Shown: positions 1 to 9,134 of the stretch, in pieces | How the letters are laid out: each line of letters begins with the position of its first letter | Position numbering within the stretch: the stretch's first letter is position 1 | Assembly: GCA_016712745.1 (NCBI GenBank) | Contig: JADJQN010000001.1 | Span: 746,964 to 810,963, forward strand | Origin: Sandaracinaceae bacterium | GTDB taxonomy: Bacteria > Myxococcota_A > Polyangia > Polyangiales > JADJQN01 | DNA length: 64,000 nucleotides | Direction: 5' to 3' | Position numbers and translations under genes: made by a program | The notes under the pieces: generated by a model | The model's input: the letters and a program-made list of their open reading frames with translations, nothing else | Databases searched by the model: none | What the model was told of the DNA's origin: nothing

Positions 1-437
1 AACTCCCCTTTCGATCGCAGAAGGCGAGCTAGTTGATCGAGAAGTACATCGTCCAAGATGCGCCGATGGGCATGCCGCTTCTTCCACCAAGGGTCGGGGA
101 AGTGGATGAAGAAGCGGGCGACGCCGCCATCGTCCGTGATTCGCGGGAGGACCACTCGCGCGTCATCGCCGAAGACGCGAGCATTCGAAAGTCCCCTGTC
201 ATTCCGGCGCTTTTCGACAAAAAACGCGAGCTTCTTTTTGATTTCGATCCCGATGATTCGTGAGTCTTTGGCGACTTCAGCGCGATCTAGAAGGAAGGCC
301 CCTCGGCCGTAGCCAAGCTCAATCTCGAAGTCGCCCTTTCCGGGCAGAAGCTGCTCGAGGCTCGCTTCCCCCTCGGGAAAGCGGGGCGCGATTTCGCCAT
401 AGCGGATGGGCGGGGCGGTCTGAACCTTGTCGTTCAC
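1..437 (-). CDS. trmB: tRNA (guanine-N7)-methyltransferase, 3' end cut by window edge
   Basis: Own minus-strand translation from GTG at 437: VNDKVQTAPPIRYGEIAPRFPEG...FEIELGYGRGAFLLDRA...IIGIEIKKK...FIHFPDPWWKKRHAHRRILDD. It shows the TrmB SAM-binding loop and the PDPWxKxRHxxRR motif. The ORF stays open to position 1, so it is missing from the ORF track. Confidence 0.8.
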   Translation of the reverse strand, partial: MNDKVQTAPPIRYGEIAPRFPEGEASLEQLLPGKGDFEIELGYGRGAFLLDRAEVAKDSRIIGIEIKKKLAFFVEKRRNDRGLSNARVFGDDARVVLPRITDDGGVARFFIHFPDPWWKKRHAHRRILDDVLLDQLARLLRSKGE

Positions 438-467
438 GGCCGGGAAGATAGCACCACGCGGATTTTC

Positions 468-496
468 TTGACCCTTTTAGCCTGCTCGCGTATCCA
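468..496 (+). promoter_or_regulatory. sigma70-like promoter candidate for the response regulator/valS unit
   Basis: TTGACC (468-473), 17-nt spacer, TATCCA (491-496). It lies in the 110-bp divergent gap between trmB and the gene starting at 548, and a GGAGG precedes the GTG start. Pattern match only. Confidence 0.3.
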
Positions 497-547
497 CATG
501 AACGGTTTTAAGGGGTTTTTGGGCTCTACGTACGACGGAGGCCATTC

Positions 548-1375
548 GTGGCTTTGACCATCCTTGCTGTTGATGACAGCGCGACGATGCGCCGCGTGAT
601 CGAAATGACGTTCGCAGCGGAAAATGTCCGCGTCGTCACACTTGAAAATGGAGCGTCGGCGGTCGAGACCGCGCTTGAGGTGAGGCCCGATGTGGTGCTC
701 GCCGACGCGTCGCTTGACGGTGTCGATGGCTATGCCATCTGCAGCCGCATCAAGGGCAACTCGACGCTCGCCCATGTGCGCGTGCTCGTGATGGCAAGTC
801 AGCATCATGCCTACGACGAGCAAAAGGGACGCGCCGCTGGCGTCGATGATCACATCATCAAGCCGTTCGACACGCAGGGTCTCATCGACCGCGTGACGCG
901 CCTCGCTGCGTCCGCGCCAAAGGGTGCGAACGTGGCCGCAGCTCCAGCACCGGTTGGTGCAGTGGGTGCGCCCGCGCGCCCGGCGCCCCCGCCCGCGCTC
1001 GGAATGCCGATGCCGCCCAGCACGCGTCCGCAGATTCCGCTGCCGCCGAGCATGAGCGCCCCGCTGCCGCCCGCACGCTCGGCCGACATGCCGCGCTCGC
1101 AGACATTGAAGATGGGTTCAGAGCCACCCCCCCCGATGCGGCCGAACGTGGAGATCACACCGGCGTCGCGTGCACCGCACGTGGGAGCAGCCGCGTCCGC
1201 GGGAATCAACGCAGGTATGGCTGAGAAGCTTTCAGGCTTGGGCCTTACCGCTGCTCAGAGCGAAGCGGTCCTCGCACTCTCGCGTGAAGTCGTCGAGCGC
1301 GTGGTATGGGAAGTCGTTCCCGACCTTGCAGAAGCCATCATTCGTGAAGAGCTGAAGCGCCTCGTAAGCGAGTAA
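548..1375 (+). CDS. response regulator (CheY-like receiver, Pro/Ala-rich linker, small C-terminal domain)
   Basis: 275-aa ORF. Receiver motifs are ILAVDDSATMRRVIE, VVLADASLDGVDGY and IIKPF. A long P/A-rich low-complexity linker is followed by a conserved-looking C-terminal helix region. The stop is 2 nt before the valS ATG. Confidence 0.8.
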   Translation: MALTILAVDDSATMRRVIEMTFAAENVRVVTLENGASAVETALEVRPDVVLADASLDGVDGYAICSRIKGNSTLAHVRVLVMASQHHAYDEQKGRAAGVDDHIIKPFDTQGLIDRVTRLAASAPKGANVAAAPAPVGAVGAPARPAPPPALGMPMPPSTRPQIPLPPSMSAPLPPARSADMPRSQTLKMGSEPPPPMRPNVEITPASRAPHVGAAASAGINAGMAEKLSGLGLTAAQSEAVLALSREVVERVVWEVVPDLAEAIIREELKRLVSE

Positions 1376-1377
1376 AA

Positions 1378-4149
1378 ATGACCGAGGAGATGCCTAAAGC
1401 TTACGACCCGCGCGAGACGGAGCCGCGCTGGTATGCGTATTGGGAGAAGGAAGGCCTCTTCCGCGCGACGGGCAAGCCGGGCGACGCGCGTCCGACGTAT
1501 GTCATAGCGATTCCTCCGCCCAACGTCACGGGCTCGCTGCACATGGGTCACGCGTGTCGCACGACGTTCGAAGACGCGCTCATTCGTCACAAGCGCATGC
1601 AGGGCTTCGACACGCTTTGGATCCCAGGCACCGATCACGCGGGCATCGCGACGCAGGTGGTCGTTGAGCGCTTGCTCAAAGCCGAAGGCAAGACGCGTCA
1701 TGATTTGGGGCGCGCTGAATTCATCAAGCGCGTTTGGCAGTGGAAGGAAGAATCGGGAAACCGCATCCTTCATCAGCTGCGCAAGCTCGGCGCGAGCTGC
1801 GATTGGTCGCACGAACGCTTCACGATGGACGAAGGGCTCTCGACGGCGGTGCGCGAAGTCTTCGTGCGTCTCTACGAAGAAGGTTTGATCTACCGCGACA
1901 CGCGTCTCGTGAACTGGGACGTCGAGACGCAGACCGTTTTGTCGGACCTCGAAGTCGATACCGAAGAGAACGTTCAGGGCGAGCTCTTCGAATTTGCGTA
2001 CAACGTCGAAGGCGGCGGCGAGGTCGTTGTTGCAACCACGCGACCCGAAACGATGCTTGGTGATTCGGGCTTGGCAGTTCATCCTGACGATCCGCGCTAC
2101 ACGCACTTGCACGGCAAGTTCGTCACGCACCCTTTTGTCTCGCGCCGCATTCCGATCATTGCGGACGCGGTACTCGTCGATCCGAAGTTCGGAACGGGCG
2201 TAGTCAAAGTTACGCCCGCACACGACTTCAACGATTTCGCGACCGGCAAGCGCCATAAGCTCGAGGAAATCAGCGTCATCGGCTTGAACGGCAAGATGAA
2301 CGAGAACGCCGGTGAGTTCCAAGGCCAAGACCGATTCGTCGCGCGCAAGCAGGTGAAGAAGAAGCTCGAGGAGCTAGGCCTTGTCCGCGGGTCGAAGCCG
2401 CACGTGATGACGCTGCCCAAATCACAGCGCTCAGGCACCGTTGTCGAACCCGTGATCAGCACGCAGTGGTTCGTGCGCATGCAACCACTCGCCGCACCCG
2501 CGATTGAAGCCGTTCAGAGCGGCAAGATTCAAATCGTTCCCGAAGAGTGGACGAAGACTTATTTCCACTGGATGAACAACATCCAGGATTGGTGCATCTC
2601 GCGCCAGCTCTGGTGGGGACATGAAATCCCTGCGTGGTATTGCGACGACTGTGAGCACATCAATGTTTCGCGCGAGACGCCAACCGCGTGCTCGAAGTGT
2701 AAGTCCGCCAATCTTCGCCAGGACGCGGACGTACTCGATACGTGGTTCAGCTCGGCGCTGTGGCCCTTCTCGACTCTCGGCTGGCCCGAGAAGACGCCGG
2801 ACCTTGCGCGTTACTACCCGACGACGGACATGGAGACGGGATTCGATATCCTCTTCTTCTGGGTCGCGCGCATGATCATGATGGGCCTAAAGTTCATGGG
2901 CGATGTGCCCTTCCGTCGTGTGCTGCTCTCAGGTCTTGTCACAGACGAGCGCGGCGAGAAGATGTCGAAGACCAAGGGCAACGTCATCGATCCGCTCGAT
3001 GTCATCGGTGGCTCGACGCTCGATGCGCTTGTGGCGAAGGCGGCCGATGCCGGGGCCAAGCCCTCCGGACTCGACTACCTGAAGAAGACGTATCCCGAGG
3101 GTTTTGCGGCCTATGGCGCAGATGCACTGCGCTTCACATTGGCGAGCTATGCGCCTCAGCAACGCAAGATTGCACTTTCGATCAAGCGCATCGAAGGCTA
3201 CCGCAACTTCTGCAACAAGCTGTGGAACGCGGCGCGTTTCTCGCTCGGCAAGCTCGAGGGACACGATGTCCGCGCGAGCGGGGAGCGGCCGGCTGCAACC
3301 TTGCTCGCCAATCGCTGGATCCTTTCGCGCCTCGACGCGGCGACGTCGACCGCGCAAAAGGGAATCGATGAGTATCGCCTCGATGATGCGAGCGGCGCTC
3401 TCTATCACTTCGTGTGGGGAGAACTCTGCGATTGGTATCTCGAGCTCACCAAGCCGCTACTAACTTCGGACGACCCGCGCGTCGTCAGCGAAACACTTGC
3501 GGTGCTCATGCACGTCATCGAAACAACGTTGCGCCTCTTGCATCCGTTCATTCCCTTCGTGACCGAAGAAATCTGGCAACGCATTCCGAAGACTGCCGCT
3601 GCACCGAAGAGCATCGTCATCGCCGCCTACCCGAAGGAAGGCCTCGAGGGCAAAGCGGATGCGGATGCCGAGCGCGAGATGTCCTCACTTATCGCCGTGA
3701 TCGTCGCCGCGCGCACGATGCGCTCCGAACACGACTTAGCGCCAAGCCGCGAAGTGCCGCTCATGCTGCGCACCGATGACCCGACCATCACCGCGCTGCT
3801 CACTCGTGAGCTTGCGGCGGTCACGACGCTGTGCCGTGCAACGGTCACCATCGCGAAGAGCGCTGGCAGCGAAGCAGCCGAAGATGCCGCAGTCGCCGTC
3901 GCGGAAGGCGTCACCATCATCATGCCGCTGGCGGGTCTCGTCGATCACGCCAAGGAACGCGAACGTCTCACGCGCGAAATCGCCAAGACCGTCAAGGACA
4001 TCGAAGCGATACAGAAGAAGCTCGGCAATGCAGGCTTCCTCGAGCGCGCACCCGCGGCGCTAGTCGAAACCGAACGCGCCCGCCTCACCGAACTTGAAAC
4101 CTCCCAGACCCGCCTCACCCAGGCCCTCGGTAAACTTCCCGCGGCGTGA
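1378..4149 (+). CDS. valS: valine--tRNA ligase
   Basis: 923 aa. Class I HIGH-type motif (SLHMGHA) and KMSKS motif (KMSKTKGN), a ValRS-length editing insertion, and a C-terminal coiled coil. Confidence 0.97.
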   Translation: MTEEMPKAYDPRETEPRWYAYWEKEGLFRATGKPGDARPTYVIAIPPPNVTGSLHMGHACRTTFEDALIRHKRMQGFDTLWIPGTDHAGIATQVVVERLLKAEGKTRHDLGRAEFIKRVWQWKEESGNRILHQLRKLGASCDWSHERFTMDEGLSTAVREVFVRLYEEGLIYRDTRLVNWDVETQTVLSDLEVDTEENVQGELFEFAYNVEGGGEVVVATTRPETMLGDSGLAVHPDDPRYTHLHGKFVTHPFVSRRIPIIADAVLVDPKFGTGVVKVTPAHDFNDFATGKRHKLEEISVIGLNGKMNENAGEFQGQDRFVARKQVKKKLEELGLVRGSKPHVMTLPKSQRSGTVVEPVISTQWFVRMQPLAAPAIEAVQSGKIQIVPEEWTKTYFHWMNNIQDWCISRQLWWGHEIPAWYCDDCEHINVSRETPTACSKCKSANLRQDADVLDTWFSSALWPFSTLGWPEKTPDLARYYPTTDMETGFDILFFWVARMIMMGLKFMGDVPFRRVLLSGLVTDERGEKMSKTKGNVIDPLDVIGGSTLDALVAKAADAGAKPSGLDYLKKTYPEGFAAYGADALRFTLASYAPQQRKIALSIKRIEGYRNFCNKLWNAARFSLGKLEGHDVRASGERPAATLLANRWILSRLDAATSTAQKGIDEYRLDDASGALYHFVWGELCDWYLELTKPLLTSDDPRVVSETLAVLMHVIETTLRLLHPFIPFVTEEIWQRIPKTAAAPKSIVIAAYPKEGLEGKADADAEREMSSLIAVIVAARTMRSEHDLAPSREVPLMLRTDDPTITALLTRELAAVTTLCRATVTIAKSAGSEAAEDAAVAVAEGVTIIMPLAGLVDHAKERERLTREIAKTVKDIEAIQKKLGNAGFLERAPAALVETERARLTELETSQTRLTQALGKLPAA

Positions 4150-4238
4150 TCTCGCGGCGGCGCGAAGCGAGGCTCGGCAAAAAGAAATGCCTTCCTCTTG
4201 AACTCTTGTAAACCCTGCCTTCAAAATCGCGGGCGGCA

Positions 4239-4790
4239 TTAGATAAGCGAGAGTTGTCCGGGGTGGACGATGTCGCGGTCGATGTGGACGCCTTCGAGCG
4301 CGAGCAGTTTGCGTTTGCGTGCAAGGCCTGCCGAGAAGCCGCCGAGGCGCATGCTGGCTTCGATGACGCGGTGGCAGGGGATGATGACGGGGATTGGGTT
4401 TGCGCCGCTTGCCGCGCCGACTGCCCGCATCGCGCGCGGTGAGCCGATGCCATTGGCGATCGCCCCGTAGGAACGCACAGCCCCGTACGGGATGCGAGCG
4501 AGCGCGTTCCACACCGAGAGTTGAAAGTCTGTGCCGCGCAGGTCGAGCGGGACAGTCGCGAAGTCGGTGGGCTCGCCGAAGAAGTAAGCCTTCAGCGGAT
4601 CGGCGTAGATGCTGGGGACGGCACTCAAACCGAGTGTGGCGTCTGCGCGTACTGCATCGAACGAGACGTGCATGAGCCCTTTCTCGCTCCAAACGAGATA
4701 AAGGTCGTCGAAGTTATTCACGGACAGGCGGCCGACACCGAGGATCGGGGGCTGTGTACCGGCATCGCGAGTGGTATCTTCCCTGCGCAT
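4239..4790 (-). CDS. ogt: methylated-DNA--protein-cysteine methyltransferase
   Basis: Active-site motif NPIPVIIPCHRVI and the helix-turn-helix region YGAVRSYGAIA. The start is uncertain (ATG at 4790 or an internal GTG). The first 27 codons of the 210-aa ORF look non-coding. Confidence 0.8.
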   Translation of the reverse strand: MRREDTTRDAGTQPPILGVGRLSVNNFDDLYLVWSEKGLMHVSFDAVRADATLGLSAVPSIYADPLKAYFFGEPTDFATVPLDLRGTDFQLSVWNALARIPYGAVRSYGAIANGIGSPRAMRAVGAASGANPIPVIIPCHRVIEASMRLGGFSAGLARKRKLLALEGVHIDRDIVHPGQLSLI

Positions 4791-5430
4791 GTTTCGTCTC
4801 TTCGCCCTGTGCGGGTTGGTTTTGGTGCTCTCGGCTTGCGCGCCGAGTCTGCGGATGTTGCACCGAAGCAACGAGAATTTCGAGCACTGTTATGCGCTCG
4901 ACACGCAACCCGACATGGAGAGCGCGGCGAAGACCGCATGCTGGTCGGATTGGTTGGAAAACTACAGCCAAGGCCAGTCGCAAGAGCGCATCCACTACGC
5001 ACGCGACCGACGCAACGCCATCGAGCACAACGACGTCTCGACGATCGCGGTCACGCCCGAGGCCGTCGCCGCGCAGCAGACGTCCGGTTCCGAAGCCGTG
5101 CCCCCCGGCTCAGCGGCGCCTGCACCTGCGTCAACGACTGCAGCTACTCCTGCGACGGCAACTGCAACGGCGCCCGCGACGACAGCCGCGAGCCCCCCCG
5201 AGGCTGCGACGAGTGCGCCCGCCACAGGCGAAGTGGTCGTCGGCGACCCTCCCCGCACCGCCGCTCCCTTGCCCGTGCGCCTTCCGCCTCGCGGCTCGAA
5301 CCCCGCGTGCGCATCCGTCTGCGATCCACATTACATGGCATGCGCAGACCGTTGCGATCGCGCGGACCTCGAAAGTTGCTATCACGCATGCGAGGCCGAG
5401 CATCGAACCTGCTCGGCGGGATGCTTCTGA
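4789..5430 (+). CDS. lipoprotein with Ala/Pro/Thr-rich linker and C-terminal 8-Cys module (no family recognised)
   Basis: Signal and lipobox MFRLFALCGLVLVLSAC. C-terminal sequence is CASVCDPHYMACADRCDRADLESCYHACEAEHRTCSAGCF. The stop overlaps the downstream GT start by 10 nt. Confidence 0.55.
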   Translation: MFRLFALCGLVLVLSACAPSLRMLHRSNENFEHCYALDTQPDMESAAKTACWSDWLENYSQGQSQERIHYARDRRNAIEHNDVSTIAVTPEAVAAQQTSGSEAVPPGSAAPAPASTTAATPATATATAPATTAASPPEAATSAPATGEVVVGDPPRTAAPLPVRLPPRGSNPACASVCDPHYMACADRCDRADLESCYHACEAEHRTCSAGCF

Positions 5431-6662
5431 TGTTGGTGACGGTCGCGTGGGTGCTGCTAGGCATCGCCGGATTCGCGCTTGTCTTCTTTGCGGGCGGCAT
5501 TCTCGCCGTCGTTCACCACCTGACCCGCAAGAAACACACGGTCGATGCTTCCTTACTGCCGCCCATTTCGCTGGTAAAGCCGCTCAAAGGGCTCGAGGAG
5601 GAGCTCGCAGCCAATCTGGCTTCCTTCTACGAGCAGGACTATCCGCAGAGCTTCGAAGTTGTTTTTGCAACCGCCACCGAAGACGATGTCGCCCTTCCCG
5701 TCGCCCGCGAAGTCGCGGCGCGCTACCCAGCTATTCCCACGCGTTTCGTCATTTCGGATCCTGCCTTTGGACTCAATCCCAAAGTTTCGAACCTCACCGC
5801 GGCTGTCGATGCCGCCGCCCACGACCTTGTCCTGCAATCCGACGCGAACGTGCGCGTACGAAAAAGCTATTTGCGCGAAGTCGTATCGGAAATGATTGCC
5901 GAGAAGGCCTCCCTTCTGAGCTCGATGGTCGTCGGCACCGGCGAGCGCTCCGTGGGCGCCGCGATGGAGAACCTCCAACTCTCTGCGTTCATCGCGCCGG
6001 CGACGTGCGTGGCTCTTTACGTGGCGCGCATCACGTGCGTGATCGGCAAGTCGATTCTATTCCGTAAGAGCGAAATCAAAACTGTCGGCGGCCTCGCTGA
6101 GTTCAAAGACTACCTCGCAGAAGATTTTCTGTTGGGAGCCGCATACGAGAAGGCGGGCAAGGTCGTCATTCTCTCGGGCACGCCCGCCGAGAACGTTAAC
6201 TCGCACGCCAGCATCGCGCGCTTTATGGGCCGCCATTCACGCTGGCTCAAGATGCGCGCCGTCATCGATTTGCGCGGCTTTTTCGGGGACTTTTTCGCGA
6301 ACTCCGTGTCCTTCGCGTTCCTCGCAATGTGCGTGAGTGGCTTTCGCGCGTTCTTCATCGCGTCATTCTTCGCAGTCGTGCTCGCCAAGCTCTGTCTCGA
6401 CGCAGCAATGGTTTCGCGAACACGCGGACATGGGATGTCGCTTAGCCATCTTTGGGTCGCGCCGTTCAAGGACCTCTTGATGGGCGGCATTTGGTTTTAC
6501 GCGACCCTCTCGCGGTCCGTGGAGTGGCGCGGCGTGAAGCTTCATCTCGAAGCGATGAGTCACCTGCGTCCGTACGGGGGCCCCCTCATTGTTCGCAAGC
6601 TAACGAGCATGCGACCGTCAAACCGTACCGAGGACGTCAGCAAGGAGAATCGTCATGTCTGA
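5421..6662 (+). CDS. GT2/GT21-type glycosyltransferase (ceramide glucosyltransferase / HpnI-like)
   Basis: This is the C-terminal 413 aa of the 713-aa ORF. It has an N-terminal TM helix, a GT-A core, the (Q/R)xxRW motif as GRHSRWLKMR, and C-terminal TM helices. The upstream 300 codons are R/P/A-rich and overlap the lipoprotein gene in another frame. Confidence 0.75.
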   Translation: MLLMLVTVAWVLLGIAGFALVFFAGGILAVVHHLTRKKHTVDASLLPPISLVKPLKGLEEELAANLASFYEQDYPQSFEVVFATATEDDVALPVAREVAARYPAIPTRFVISDPAFGLNPKVSNLTAAVDAAAHDLVLQSDANVRVRKSYLREVVSEMIAEKASLLSSMVVGTGERSVGAAMENLQLSAFIAPATCVALYVARITCVIGKSILFRKSEIKTVGGLAEFKDYLAEDFLLGAAYEKAGKVVILSGTPAENVNSHASIARFMGRHSRWLKMRAVIDLRGFFGDFFANSVSFAFLAMCVSGFRAFFIASFFAVVLAKLCLDAAMVSRTRGHGMSLSHLWVAPFKDLLMGGIWFYATLSRSVEWRGVKLHLEAMSHLRPYGGPLIVRKLTSMRPSNRTEDVSKENRHV

Positions 6663-8055
6663 AGGCGTAGTCAATGCACTCGCTCAGTTAGAAGCCGACT
6701 GGGATGCTCACATGAATGATCTCTGCGACCTTGTGCGTATTCCGGGAATTTCTGCCGAGCCGCCGCCGAGTCCCGCGCTTCACAAGAGTGCAGAAGCCAT
6801 TAAGGCCTTGATGCAGAAAGCCGGCCTCGAGCATTGCGAAGTAATCGATTTCCCCGGCGGACATCCCTATGCGTACGGCGAGTGGCTCCACGCCAAAGAC
6901 GCGCCGACTGTCTTGCTGTACGGGCATCACGATGTGCAGCCGCCGGGTCGTCCCGAGAAGTGGGAGACGCCAGCCTTCGAGCCAACGATTCGCAAGGACG
7001 GCCGCCTCTATGGGCGCGGCGCCGTGGACGACAAAGCTGGCGTGATGGTTCACATCGCCGCCATCGCTTCATTTTTGAAGAGGGGCGGAACGTTGCCTGT
7101 GAACGTGAAGTTTATCGTCGAAGGTGAAGAGGAAGCGGGCTCGCAAAGCCTTTCGGCGTTTCTTGAAAAGTACAAAGCGAAGCTCGCGGCCGACGTGATC
7201 GTCCTCACGGACACCGCCAATCACGAAGCGGGCTTACCGTCGCTCACGGTCTCGCTGCGCGGTCTGGTTGCGGTGATGGTGGAAGTGCGTTCGCTCGATC
7301 ATCCCGTGCACAGCGGCATGTGGGGAGGACCTGTGCCCGATCCCGTCATGGCCTTGTGCAAAGCCATCGCGGAACTCACCGACAAAGACGGCAAGGTCGC
7401 GCTCGATGTTTGGAAGGACGTTCGTAAACCGACCGACGCAGAGACGAAAGAGCTCGCGTCCCTGCCCTATAGCGAGAAAACTTTTCGTCATGAGGTCGGC
7501 CTTGTCGAGGGCGCGCATCTCACGGGGGATCCTGCGATGCCGGTCTGGGGACGCGTGTGGCGACAACCATCCGTGACGGTGATTGCACTCGAGGCGCGCC
7601 CCCTCGTTGGCTCGAGCAATCAGATCATCGAGAGCGCTCGCGCACGCATCAGCTGCCGCGTCGTCGCCGACATGGACCCGATGAAGGTCCAAGACCTTTT
7701 GGTTAAGCACTTCGAAACCAAGGTGCCGTGGGGTCTGCAAGTTCACATCGAACGCGATCCCGTCGCGGGCTGGTGGATGACCACGCCTGATCATCCGGCT
7801 TTTGCCGCGGCCGGGCGTGCTCTCAAAGCTGGCTATGGACGCGATGCTGTGCACATCGGTTGTGGTGGCTCGATTCCGTTTGTTGAACCGTTCAGCCGCG
7901 TCCTCGGCGGCGTGCCTGCGCTCTTGATGGGCGTCGAAGATCCCATTTGCAACGCACACGGGGAGAACGAATCGCTCAACTTGGACGACTTCCGCAAAGG
8001 CACGCGCGCGGCGATACACCTCTACGAAGAGCTGCGCTCGATTCCGCACGGCTAG
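6655..8055 (+). CDS. M20 family metallopeptidase/dipeptidase
   Basis: Motifs LLYGHHDVQPP, GRGAVDDKAG and FIVEGEEEAGS, typical of ArgE/DapE/CPG2-type enzymes. The ATG overlaps the upstream stop (ATGTCTGA). Confidence 0.85.
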   Translation: MSEGVVNALAQLEADWDAHMNDLCDLVRIPGISAEPPPSPALHKSAEAIKALMQKAGLEHCEVIDFPGGHPYAYGEWLHAKDAPTVLLYGHHDVQPPGRPEKWETPAFEPTIRKDGRLYGRGAVDDKAGVMVHIAAIASFLKRGGTLPVNVKFIVEGEEEAGSQSLSAFLEKYKAKLAADVIVLTDTANHEAGLPSLTVSLRGLVAVMVEVRSLDHPVHSGMWGGPVPDPVMALCKAIAELTDKDGKVALDVWKDVRKPTDAETKELASLPYSEKTFRHEVGLVEGAHLTGDPAMPVWGRVWRQPSVTVIALEARPLVGSSNQIIESARARISCRVVADMDPMKVQDLLVKHFETKVPWGLQVHIERDPVAGWWMTTPDHPAFAAAGRALKAGYGRDAVHIGCGGSIPFVEPFSRVLGGVPALLMGVEDPICNAHGENESLNLDDFRKGTRAAIHLYEELRSIPHG

Positions 8056-8116
8056 TATGCGAGCCTCCGTCGCTGGCATGCACCCGATTGCCATTGCGCA
8101 AGGCTGAACCTAGAGA

Positions 8117-8425
8117 TTGGCTATGGCAGAACCGAGCCGATCCGAAGTCGATGCACTACCGGGCGCCACCGTCGTGGAGTTTGGCACAACGTGGTGCGGT
8201 CACTGCCAGGCAGCTCGCCCGCACGTAGAAAGCGCGCTCGCAGCGCATCCCGACGTGCGGCACATCCGCGTTGAAGACGGCAAAGGCCTTGCGCTGGGAC
8301 GCTCGTTCGCGGTGAAACTGTGGCCGACGCTAGTCTTTTTGCGGGATGGTCAGGAAGTAGCGCGGCTCGTACGCCCCGCCTCCGCCACGCAGGTGCAAGA
8401 GGCGCTCGCGCGAATTGCTTCGTAA
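8117..8425 (+). CDS. thioredoxin-like protein
   Basis: 102 aa with a WCGHC redox motif in a thioredoxin-fold context (VVEFGTTWCGHCQA...WPTLVFL). Confidence 0.8.
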   Translation: MAMAEPSRSEVDALPGATVVEFGTTWCGHCQAARPHVESALAAHPDVRHIRVEDGKGLALGRSFAVKLWPTLVFLRDGQEVARLVRPASATQVQEALARIAS

Positions 8426-8441
8426 GCCCGCCGCGCGAACA

Positions 8442-9134
8442 ATGTATGCTCCGTGCGTGCGCGTTCTAGTTGTCGACGATGAGGAAGAAGTTCGTAGCGT
8501 AGTTGCGCGCTCGCTCGAACGCGACGGACACGCCGTCCTCACAGCATCGACAATCGAGGCCGCGCGCGTGTCCGTGCTTGCAGGGGTCGATTTGGTTGTG
8601 CTGGATCTCGGCCTACCCGATGGCTCAGGCGTTGAGTTTTGTCGCGAGCTGCGCGAGCGCAATCTCAGTTTGCCGATATTGATTCTAACCGCCCGCACGC
8701 AGGTAGACGTGCGTGTGCAGGGGCTCGACGCGGGTGCCGACGATTTTGTTGCTAAGCCATTCGCGATTTCTGAGCTGCGCGCACGGGTGCGTGCTCTCGG
8801 CCGGCGCGGAAACATTTTGCGCGCATTCTCCCATACGCATGCCGATGTCGTACTTGATCTCGCCGGCCGCAAAGCATCCAGAGCGGGGCAAGCCGTTCCT
8901 GTCACGGCGCGCGAGTGGGCGATCATCGAGGTCTTGGCGAATCGCGTTGGCCGATTCACGACGAAAGAGGCCCTGCTCGACGCCGTGTGGGGTGACGCGA
9001 GTGAGCGCGCTGGCAACAGCTTAGAAGTGCTGATCGCACGCTTGCGCAAAAAGTTTGGTCCAACCTTGATTGAGACGCTGCGCGGTGAGGGCTACTCGCT
9101 GCGAGGAGGTGCAGGCGATGGCAACGCTGCGTAG
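8442..9134 (+). CDS. OmpR/PhoB-family response regulator
   Basis: Receiver (VLVVDDEEE, LVVLDLGLPDGSG, FVAKPF) plus winged-helix output domain (LTAREWAIIEVLA, LEVLIARLRKKF, ETLRGEGYSL). The start is ATG 8442 or GTG 8457. Confidence 0.9.
   Translation: MYAPCVRVLVVDDEEEVRSVVARSLERDGHAVLTASTIEAARVSVLAGVDLVVLDLGLPDGSGVEFCRELRERNLSLPILILTARTQVDVRVQGLDAGADDFVAKPFAISELRARVRALGRRGNILRAFSHTHADVVLDLAGRKASRAGQAVPVTAREWAIIEVLANRVGRFTTKEALLDAVWGDASERAGNSLEVLIARLRKKFGPTLIETLRGEGYSLRGGAGDGNAA

Noticed and set aside
1255-2328. 357-aa minus-strand ORF, and similar long antisense ORFs (16781-17818, 30622-31404, 38803-39669, 47769-48551, 49620-50894, 53297-53959, 54437-55291)
   Set aside because: Each lies opposite a gene with clear family motifs (valS, polA, the HD hydrolase, the protease, the QG-rich protein, MoxR/DUF58, the VWA protein). 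None shows a signal peptide, a domain motif or an independent RBS.
4521-5420. N-terminal 300 codons of the 713-aa ORF preceding the GT21-like domain
   Set aside because: The sequence is Arg/Pro/Ala-rich and overlaps the well-formed lipoprotein gene in another frame. The GT begins naturally with a TM helix at ATG 5421.
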